Notes under the pieces: generated by a model
What the model was told of the DNA's origin: nothing
What the model saw: only the letters and a program-made list of their open reading frames with translations
Databases searched by the model: none
Made by a program: the position numbers and the translations under genes
From: Microthyrium microscopicum
Taxonomy: Eukaryota
Direction: 5' to 3'
Length of the DNA stretch: 64,000 bases
Assembly: GCA_010405405.1 (NCBI GenBank)
Contig: MU004231.1
Location: 3,094,401 to 3,158,400 of the forward strand
In this document: piece after piece, positions 11,522-21,849 of the stretch
How the letters are laid out: each line of letters opens with the position of its first letter
Position numbering within the stretch: the stretch's first letter is position 1

Positions 11522-14500
11522 CTACATCTTGCGAACAGTAATAATGCCCAGATATGTGAGCCCGCTTACCGCTGCTGCAAAGCAGCCAACTAAAACTAAC
11601 ATAATTACTAGCCGCCGCGTGTTAGACATTCTGTCAGCCGTCAAGAAGAAGATAAGAACACATGTAGCATACGCCACGATGGATCCAAAAACGAGCCCTC
11701 CAAGCTCCTGTTCCTTAGGATGAATGAATTGCTGTGGATTGAAATTCCATAAGTGCATCCAACCTTTCTCACGTAAGCTGAAATATGCGGTTGTGCAGTA
11801 GGGTGTGCTCATGACCTATGACACATATTAGAAGAGAATTACCTTGAGTTCTTTGACGTCTTTACATTTGTATAGGTGAGTAAGCTCCACGCTAGAATCC
11901 ACAAGGCATTTACAGCTGCAATTGACTTGCCAGCGAGATTGCTGAGGACCGCGTAGATGCACAGAGTGGAGTGCAAAATCGTATGGCGGGTAGATCCAGG
12001 ATCATGGTCTGGGTTTTGGATATGCTGGCGCTGATAATAGAGCATACCTCCATGAGCAGCCAATATGCTAGACATTTGCAAGAAAGCCGATAGACTACCA
12101 AGGACTCCGTAAATCAGTAAACCCCCTAGACCGGTTAGCGATAAGTGATCTCGAAGTGAATCTCTCCTGTTCTGTATAGAGATATTGGCGCCTTCCTCCC
12201 TGACTAAGTACTTAGGAAGTAATATGAACCACATTTACATGGCATGATCCAGAGCGTGACGGGGGGAGTGATACAATCGAAGAATATCTCACCGGAGTCG
12301 CAGCCAAGTCCCTAACAAGAATTAGTAAGGAGTGGTCAATTTAAATAGACAGAACTTACGACTGGAGGGGAGTTAAACATGACATATATTGCTAAAGTAA
12401 TTAGCGCAACATCATTAGAGCGATAGCCCGATTCAGGTGCGAAGAGCTTACCAGGCCCACATGTTCCCCATAGGACCGCCAGGCCGAATGAAATCGCTGA
12501 GCCAAGTCGGAACCACTGCGACCAAGTAATCTCACTCCATTCTGGATATGCTGTGATGGTGGAGATATCTATATTGGTGAAGTGGTCCAGAGCCTCCGCA
12601 GTTCCTGATAGATTTTCTGAACGCGACAATGTGTGGTCCCAGGATCGAGGCTGAGAGAGGCTCTGAGTGCTTAATGTTACCAACTCTATGGCAGCTTCGA
12701 CATCAGTGGTCTTTGAGTCAGTAGCGACTTCATGACTTGACTCGAAAAGTCCGTCTAAACGAAAGGATACTCTACCAGACCCGGTATTGTCAGTTGGGGT
12801 CCCATTGGCTTCCTCAAAACTGGAATATGGGAGCCTGTTTTCTCTGAGATTTTGGCTCATGCTTTCGAAACCATCTACAACGATCTGAACAGCTCGTTCA
12901 GCGGCAAAGAATTTACCTATGAAATTGATAGGCCCTTCTTGCTCTGTGTAAGGTTCCAATTGGCAGCCCAGCCACTTAGGTGTCCGAAGCATTCTATGAA
13001 CATGCTCATCATCGCTTTTGATTTCATGTTCCCATGTGGATCTTCTACGACGCTGGTAGGCAGGAAGAATTCCCGGGCGACTCGTGATAGCAGTTTGCGT
13101 ACGGTGTTGTCTGCTTACACCGCCATCGAGAGCGGAGTAAATCCAATTGTCACCGTGTTGGCTAGTGGAGGAGAAAACTTGTTCCAAGACCCGAGCCTCG
13201 CGCAGGGATTTGATAGCAACTGGACCTGATGTTGCCGGAAACTGGCAACGATAAGTATTGTAGTATTCTTAGCAAAACTATGATGAGGTGCCTACCATCC
13301 AGAGCCATAGCGAACCCATACATATCTTCAAACAGTCAGCAGGCTTCTTGCTTACTGCACTGGCTCATGCGGAAGCCCTAACGACGCTAACATTGGGAGA
13401 CGGAATGCTCGAAGCTCTTCATGCTAGATCTGAGCTGCTACAAGTGAGTGGCTAGCAAATTCGAGGTTGTCTTACCTGCCATTCAAAGCTGCCGGGTGTA
13501 GCAGAAGCACCTGGTATGCTTGAAAAGTCCCCAATAATTGCCAGGATCCAAGCAGCGGCTGCTACTAAGCTTTGAGCAATAAAAGGGAAATCCATCCCTC
13601 TTTGCTTGGCGATAATTGTTTTTCTACCTTCGATCCACCACCAATGATTTCCTGGCAATACGATCAGGCTAGAGAGTAAGCCTGGCCGTGTGCTGAGTCG
13701 GACAGGAGCTTGTAGGAATGATTGCAAAATCGTCTGGGCAGCCGCACACCTGTCTTCTAAGTGGAGAAAGAGAGCGCCGGTTGGTCCGTCAATCAGCTTC
13801 CGTCGCAGCTTGTTGATCCTTTTGCTAACATGTCGTTGATAGCGAACTCCTAGCCAAATATTGGACAAAATCCAAGCCGGGCTGCCAACAGATATAACGC
13901 TGACAAGAGGTGAGCAAATATAGGTAAATTCTTTTTCAGGAACGGCCATATTTTCAGGGACCCAATGTCCGCGCTGTGAGATTCCGGCAAGATACCAATT
14001 GAACTGCGAAGGGTTACTTACATACTAAAAAAGTCACCCCAGTGTGATCCCGTCTGTCTTGCAAGTTGTGCAAAGATTGCCACCCCTGTCAAATTAGCAT
14101 AACTTGAAGATTATAAAACCTCGCTTTATTTGACATGGGGGAACACTTACATGGAAGCAGGAGGCCAGCCGTGGAGCCAGTGAAATCAAGGAATGCAAAT
14201 TTCGAAGGAAGGTCAGCCTACCGTGCATAGCGGAAAGTATTGTGTACCTGTTTTATCGGTCGCCCGCAGAAACGATATAAGTCTTTGGAACGAATGCCTA
14301 CAGCTTTGGCGAACCCAGAAGTAGGCTTTCCGAACTGATCAATGAAAACCGTGATTGTATAATTGGGGAAGCCAGTCCAGCTATCGCACTGTGCGCGATC
14401 GGCAGGATCAATCACTAGATTCTGTCGTATAACGTCTGCATCCGGCCCATTTGTTGTGTTTGTTAATGAACGCAGCACTAAACAAGCGCAGAATGAATCA

Positions 14501-14580
14501 AACTGAACGACCTGCGTGGAATTGACTGCCAGGCTAATTGCAACAAGACTGCCAAGTAGGACGACCTTGTGTTCCAACAT
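11522..14580 (-). CDS. Multi-exon uncharacterised fungal multi-pass membrane protein
   Basis: Signal-like start MLEHKVVLLGSLVAISLA (ATG 14580). Manual splicing gives GLLLP|WVAIFAQLA, ISVGSPAW, LQAPVRL, GLLSSLIVLPGNHWWW, MGSLWLWM|FP, GLGCDSG, GLLIYGVLG and C-terminal TM helices ending at 11522. These motifs resemble a conserved hypothetical fungal membrane family. Several exon borders are approximate. Confidence 0.65.
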
Positions 14581-15430
14581 TTTGGCGGCAAGATATTTGA
14601 ATCGTGGATTCAAGGGGAGTGAAATTCAATGGACTGGATAGTATGTAAGCATTCCCATTTGAATATTAAATATACTTGACATGCTATTTGCAAGCCTCAT
14701 GCTGGCCTCGAGATTGGCTATGATAACATTGCATATGCCGCACTTCCACCCCAGCGGTTTTTAGGCAGAATTAAAAAGCAATGTTATTCTAAAGCTTGTT
14801 GGGCTGGAACCAACGTGGTTCAGGATTCTGCCTTGCCAAGCCGGCATTCCTGGGGTGCAGATGGCTTAGCAATCGCTGAAGGAACATGAATGTCGCGAAG
14901 GGTGGAGTTGAGGGCATGAAATAAGACTCAAAACGTTAAGAGGGTCTAGAATTGGCCACTGCGTCATAGAGATACTCTACACCAGGCGGACTCAGGTAGA
15001 CATTCGAAGTAGGCTGACAGATCAAGCAGAGCAGATGAACTTACTAGTAATAATAAGGCAGCCAATAGAACGGGGTCAAGAAGCCAATTGATCCCAGTGT
15101 TCTTGAGAGAGCCTTAGTTGTAGGATTGATTGGTGCCGCCATTGCACCAATGGCCATCAAACTATCAGCGGTACTCTTGATCATCCTGTTCTCTGGAGGA
15201 TGTCGACTCAGATAAGTCTAGGTCCTATCAAAGCATCTGCTGACCGTTGAAGACGTTCCTCTGGCCATCGTGATAGCTGATGAGGTGGTGTCTCATACAT
15301 GTGTACTACTTCAAAATATATAGGTAGGTGCCTAGATTTTGGTAGCAAATGCACAATTGCAGGATTAAGTTGTACTGTTATGCGATCTGATGTGCTCGCA
15401 GCGGGCGAAGTTGCCATTGCGATGAAACTA

Positions 15431-17209
15431 TCAGGCGTTGAACAACATCCGAACGGCTACAAGGTCCAGGAAGTAGAAGATCTGGTCTGTTCAGCAAAAG
15501 TCTAATTCTTCATAGTTGCATCAGAACTTACGCCTGAGAGATAATATGGCAAGCCTTGCATGCATTACTGAAGTTAGCTTTGTGATATTTCAGAGAGCAA
15601 CCAGTGAAAACAATTTACAGGAGAGGTATTGCAACACACAAGGCCAAGCTGTAGATGAGCGGCAAAGTTACACCTAGGCGACGGGCTCTAAGAAAAGCAA
15701 ACTCACCCATTGCTGATCCCCCAAAGTGAATCCCCTGACTCCATGCAACTGTCATCAGAGGTAATCCGAGGCAAGTCCCTAAAGTTCGCAATATCATAAC
15801 AATAGAATAGTCATTTGCATGAGCCTCTTGATTGCTATCCGCGATCGTGGGTGATCTCACCAAAGACATGGTAAAAACGGGTAATGCTGATCCTGCAGCA
15901 TACAAAATAAGTGCTAAGCGAGAATTAGCTCCTTCATTGCGACTTTGGGAAGATGATGGAACATGGTAACAGTTGCCAAGTCTTAACAGACAGTCCCACT
16001 AATGCAGCTCCAAGAACGGAGAAGGATATGCTAGCTGCCGCTCCAATGATATTTGTAGTAGTCCCTTCAGTGGTCTGTTTGGAGAGATACCGTATAGATG
16101 TAGGTACCACTATGGTTAACAAAATAACATTTATGACGGCCTTGACTGAAAGTAGATATCCCGCGTCAGAGAGTGTCCAACCATAGCGCTTCGAGATATA
16201 TTGAGCTAACAGTGGAGTGTTTGAGCTTGCTAATGATGCGAGGAAGAACACTGACAGAAGCAGTCGGAACCTTGGTCTTTTGAAGGCCTGCATAACTTTT
16301 CTAAGGTCCGAAATAATGCGAGCTGTAAAGGAAGCTACATCCTCCTTAGGTGCATCCCGGGCGCCGGAATTTTGGCCGAGCAGCGGCTCGACTTGACTTG
16401 ATGCCGCGGTGTTCTCTTCAGAGTCCGTAAACTCGTGCGATTGATCTGGCAAGGACCGTGCTATCAGCATAGCTACCAGAAGAGAAGACATCCCGATGAC
16501 AAATGGAAACCAGATAGACCAAGCCATGGTAGTTGCAGCAACAGTTGGTCCAAGTATTGAACTTATATAAGAAATGGAACTCATGTATGCGAACCACGAA
16601 GCCCTGTACATGTTAGTGGTGCTTGTGGCGTATGACTCGTCAAATACCATTGAACATTATTGGTAGTTAGTTCCGTAATGTACGTCGCCATGACTGTGTT
16701 CAACACACAATCGCCTCCACCAAATAGCGATAAGAAAGGAGCGATGAGCATAGCACCAATTGGGAATGTAGCTCTTGCATAGCCTACCACCAAGAGCCAA
16801 GAATACATCAGTGCTAGACCTCCAACATTGAAGCATAAAAACAGTTTTCTGAAGCCTCGATCGGACAACGCAGCATAGGGGATTGTGACAATCAGATCTG
16901 AGGTCGTCAGCTCACTTCATAGCCTCTGCAGGAATGCCCAGTACCGCAGAGAACGTGGAGCGTCTCGACAGCTCCTTGAAGCCAGGCTAGCTGCTGCTGA
17001 ATCATGTCTAGTTTGCATAGGTGCTCCGGGATATCGAGCCCATCTTTGCTGATTAAAGGGTCATGCTGATCATAATAGTCGAAGCAATATCGAGCTTCTA
17101 TGAGCCTGTTGAGCGCGAGGCTGATGATCCGAATGCTGAGATTCTGAAGCCCCAGTATCACCAGAAGAGTACCCAAAGCTTTCAGCCTCTTACGATCAGA
17201 AAGTGCCAT
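15431..17209 (-). CDS. MFS transporter, ustT-like efflux pump
   Basis: Exons from ORFs 16907..17278, 16581..16868, 15934..16650 and 15615..15905, plus micro-exons GLPYYLSG and IFYFLDLVAVRMLFNA* (stop 15431). Loop 'RLIEARYCFDYY..DP..IPEHLCK..IQQQLAWLQG' and 'LSDRGFRK', 'GGG', 'QYISKRYGW' are typical of this MFS subfamily. Alternative ATG at 17233. Confidence 0.85.
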
Positions 17210-17730
17210 GGGAACAATTGTTGATCGTTGCATGGAGTTGCTGTATTTCAAGGCGTTTGATGCCAAGGCTCTGACCAAACGCGCGTCACACGCGTCGCTT
17301 CAAGCTTGGCGTCAAATATCACTAGCGTATGGGTACGGTAACGGATAAGATAAGACTCCCGTCTTGTGGCGTATCATCTCATCCGCTATAAATACTCCAG
17401 GTCCTCCATTTGTGTTCTCTATTTCTCCTCAATTACAATCGCGTAAAACTCATTTGCTGTGCTCTCGCTCAGTATCTTGGAACATATGTACCCCATCGCC
17501 GTTTCTATGCCATTTTGGCATCTAGATTGCTATGATCGCTGTCCGTACAATGCTTACCTCGTGTCTCTTACGTCTTGAGTATCATTGGATGACGGGTAGA
17601 CCGCATAGCCTTCTGGTCACCTGATTATCATGAAAGGACCAAAAAAGCGTGCAATTCTGATATGGCAACTTCAGAAGTTATTGGCTGTGTTCATCTAGAA
17701 TTGACCACGTGACCAATAGCTCCTGCGATT

Positions 17731-17882
17731 TGTTGTAAGAATATAAGAAATAAAGCGTGGTTAATTACTATGGGAGTCTAAGGGCCTAATATAGTTTTTA
17801 GGATACGCTAATTAGAGGATTATATTATTCCTAATTAGGTCTTATAATTATCTAATCTCTTAGTATATTTTTTATTATAATA
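17731..17882 (-). repeat. 3' LTR (left copy)
   Basis: 152-bp direct repeat of 28719-28870. About 28 differences, all transitions. Adjacent to the polypurine tract. Confidence 0.95.
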
Positions 17883-17891
17883 TTCTCCCTT
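17883..17891 (-). promoter_or_regulatory. Polypurine tract (plus-strand priming site)
   Basis: Minus strand reads AAGGGAGAA immediately before the left LTR, fixing the element orientation as minus. Confidence 0.7.
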
Positions 17892-17979
17892 ACTAGTATA
17901 AACTCTCTTAAGATTATAAATCCTATAGTTATAGCTTTAATAAATAAGTAAAATAAAAAGAATATTATAATAACTAATA

Positions 17980-18072
17980 GGAGGAGTAGTATAGTGGTAG
18001 TACTTACGATCTCGTGGCAGGCCCTACCTGCTTAAAATTCGTAGGGCATAGGTTTAATTCTTGTCTCCCCCA
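17980..18072 (+). tRNA. RIP-degenerated tRNA-like gene (pseudo-tRNA) with intron-like insert, inside the retrotransposon; isotype unresolved
   Basis: Acceptor GGAGGAG/CTCCCCC + A; D arm GTAT-AGTGGTA-GTAC (A box); anticodon stem TACGA/TCGTA enclosing a GCAGG/CCTGC hairpin; T arm ATAGG-TTTAATT-CTTGT (ACAGG-TTCGATT-CCTGT before RIP). All stem defects are C>T or G>A. Confidence 0.75.
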
Positions 18073-20339
18073 CTACCCTAAAAAGGTAATCGTTACTTAC
18101 TTTTAAAGCTATATTTACCCTTTTTTAGGGAAGGTTATCCTTTCCTTTTTAGTAAGTATAGAGGATAAGCTATAGCTCTTTTTAATACGTTACGGAAGGT
18201 ACAAATTTTTGTATTACGTAATTACTATATATAGCTATAAGATTATCCTTATTAAAGCCCTACTAACTAATAATAGACTAGCGTTAAATTATATAATTAG
18301 AAACTAGCTACGCAAAGCTATACTAAAATAAGCTATAATACTACTAAAGCGTAGTAAAATTAGCATACTAAGATAACTCTTTTATAGCTCTTAGCAACTA
18401 GATTGAAGGATTGGCCCTAGCTTAGTAAGCTTGAAATCTAGCCGCGTAAGGCAAGATTAGACTAAATGACATAGTAGTAAATTACGATATCTAGGAACAC
18501 TACGGCTTAGTAAGTATAGTACCTATAGGTTAGTATAAACGGCGCTATAGGATAAGTTAGTAGACTTAGGGGAGGTAACCTAGAATACGCTGAGCTAAAG
18601 GACCCTAGATCTTGGCTTAAAAGCAAAGTACAGCGTAGCAGATAGCCCTTAGTAGACTAACGGCGCTGCCTTAGATTTAGTATTTAACGGCAAGAATGGA
18701 GGGATCTAACATAATAATAAGGAAGGAATCTTGGCCCCTTGGGGGACGACAATATTAGCAACTTTAAGAACTTGAAGTAGTGAACTAAACGGAAGAATAA
18801 TAACTTGTAATGGATACTAGCCTAGAGAGGTGTTACGGTTGGATACTACCTAGAATTTGGCTCTCCTAACCCACTAATGCTTCTATGGCTTGGGAAGCTA
18901 ATGGGGCTTAGCATAGTATTAATAGCCTTAGTATGGATTAGTCTACGGAATATAATAGCGAGGTTTTCCCTTATATAGTTAGCGCCTCAGTTTGCTAAAC
19001 ATGTAGGGATTAGCTAAAGCTAGACTAGGCCTTAGGTCTAGAGTGAGCTAGCTTAGCTAGATTTGGGTAGATTAGCTAATTAGATAAAAGTTTTTACCCG
19101 CTTATTAAGAGTAGCGTCTACATAGCCCATTAGCGTAGCTAAAAGACAATAAACAAGATTTAATAATATAATAACTAATAAGGAACCTTTACTTAAAACT
19201 TAGGACTATTGCCCTAGTTATACTATAAAATAATCTTTAAGAAGTTATTTTCTTAAAATCTTCCTTAAGATCTAGGTTAAACTATTATAAATAATATTTA
19301 GACGTTTATAGTTCTTAATCTTTTTAGAAAGATTTATTTATATAAAGACTATTAGTAATAATAAATTAAAGAATTATAAGAAGTTTATATAAGCGTATTA
19401 AAGCTACTTAATCTAATAAAAAATATATATAACTTATATTCTAAGGCTTTAAAGAATAAAGTTCGTAAGAAGTAATATATAGGTAGTAATAAAGAACTAG
19501 GTAGTAATTACTAGTTTAAGTAAATATAAAATAGAGGCTTAATCCTATATCTATAAAGTTTTATAATTTATTATCTTCTCTTTTTCTTCTTTATTATACT
19601 TTTATAATACTTTAAGTTAGTAAAAGTAGATTCTCTTTTATACTTTTAATATTATTAAGTATAAATAGCTTTATATATTCCTCTTCTTTAATTCTTAATT
19701 CTTTTTAAGCTCTTAATTATAAGAGCTCTTTAAAATAGCTTTTTATACTAAGCTAACTACGTTACTTTTAAAAATACCTAAAAAGCATAGTACTTACTCT
19801 TAAGTTTCTTAAGCTTAGCGTAATTAAGCTAAATCTTTATAATAAGTTCTAAATTCTACTACTTAGCTTTTAAGTTTAGTTACTTAACCTTATTCTAAAG
19901 AACGTCTATAATTATTTATAAATATACTTAAGCATTTATCTTCTCTAACTAAGGCTTATAGCTAATAAGATAGTATATTAAGATTCCTAAGTATAAGGAA
20001 TAATAATAACTACTTTTCGCCTCTTCTAGCTAGATTTAGTTATTAATAGAGTATTAGCTATCTAAATTCTTCTCTTAAAGAAGCTTACTAGTAGTTTTCT
20101 ATAAGTTACTATAATGTTAATTCTAAAACAAGATAATCTTATAAATAATTACTTATATTTAGACTATATTCTCTAGTTCTAAAAAGTAAGTTCTTTTACT
20201 AATAAAAGTTAGCTTATAAGTAAGCTACTTAAGAAATACCTAAATAAAAGGTAGGTTTTACTAAGAAGAATACTTTAATATAGGTAATATTTTAATAACT
20301 CTAAGAAATAAGTCTCTTAAATTAAAATAAGATTAAGCT

Positions 20340-21330
20340 ATTTATAATATTTAGTACTTATATTACTAATATTTTTAGTCTAGACTATAACTTCTTAAAT
20401 ACTATATTACTTAACTTTATATAAATATATATAAAGTAAGATATAATATATTTTTAAGTTTAAGTAATAAAAGATATACTCTAATATATTTAGAATAGTT
20501 TAATACGTTCTAAAATAATTTTATACTAAGTTATTAATTAAGAGTATAGCTAAAGCTACTACTATTATATAATACCTAAGCTAAAGTAAACTTATAGTAT
20601 TTCTTAAGTATATAAATATATAGTTAGTAAGACTAGCTTCTTAACTATTCTTAAAAATAAACTAGAATATATTAAGTCTTTAAGTAAAGAAAAGATAAAG
20701 ATACTATTATATTAGCTTATAAAGAAGTAAAGTAATACGTATAAGACTTTACCTAAGTCTTAAATTAAAGTAGAGCCTAGTTTAAGTTATTATTTAGCTC
20801 TCTTAAAAAAGCTTAATAAGTAGATTTATAAGTATTTACTTAATAATATAGCTTATACTATAGTAAGTAATTAATTAATTTACTTAAACTATTAGCTATA
20901 GATATATAAAAAGAAGACTTAGGATAAGCTTATTTAGGTCCTATAAAATCTTTAGAATTAAAGAGTTAAAATTCCTTAAGAGATCTTAGTATTACTTAAA
21001 TACTACGTTAAGTATAGTTTTACTTAGATTAAGCTAGCTATTATAGTAATAACTAACTTATTATCTAGTAATAATAAGCTATAAGAAGCTATAACTTATA
21101 TTTAGAGTTACTAACCTAACTAGCGTTATAAGAAATATAAATACTACTATATACTTAAGCTTTTAAATAAGGAAGTTATTATTTAGTATAATTATATAGT
21201 CTTCTAAGATATAAAGGGCAATTTTATATTTAATAAGGCTTATATAAATTATACCTTAAATAGTAAATAAGATTACTTATTTATAATAAAGAAGATAAAT
21301 ATAAGTACTATATAATTAATATAAGTAATT
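20340..21330 (+). pseudogene. RIP-destroyed accessory ORF antisense to gag/pol with DUF3716-like Cys motif
   Basis: Frame of 20581 restores R-C-x-x-C (21124-21138), C-V-V-F (21193-21204) and A-C-x-N-C-A-L-N-G-K-x-D-C-S-F (21238-21282) when TAT/TAC are read as TGT/TGC. The stops are TAA/TAG, as expected from RIP. Ends approximate. Confidence 0.55.
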
Positions 21331-21849
21331 ACTAAACTACTTATTACTCTTATTTATAGCCCTATTAGTAGCCTATTATCTATACTATCTTTAAGTTATC
21401 TAGAAGCTTTATTAACTACGTTTAGTTTTAGTAGGAAAAAAGTATATTAGCTTACTTATATAGAAGAAGAAATAAAACTAGACTCTTAGAGTTAGTTATC
21501 TTCTAAGGAATAGAAAAAGGTAATATTAGGCTTATATTACTTTAAAACTAGAAAGTAGAAAGTTAGCTTAGGAATTTAGGTTATTTAGGTTTCCTATTTC
21601 TTACTATTAAATATTTTATAAAAAAGCTTTTAATAATAGTCCTAGAGATTACTAAAGAGATTTAAAAATAGCTTATTATATTTAAATAACCTTAGTAATA
21701 GTTCTAAGAATTACTAAAAAAATTTAAAGGTTTAATTTTAGTTATTATTACTTATAATAGTTTACTTAAATTAATAATAAATAAAAGTAATTTCTTATAA
21801 ATAGTTTCCTTAAATAAATATAATTAAGAAAAGTTATAAAAAAGATAAT

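Noticed and set aside
17980..18075. Embedded tRNA acting as the element's own RT primer
   Set aside because: Its 3' end would need a PBS TGGTGGGGGAG. The observed PBS (TAGTAGTAATAA) has T at positions that cannot derive from G by RIP and fits tRNA-iMet better.
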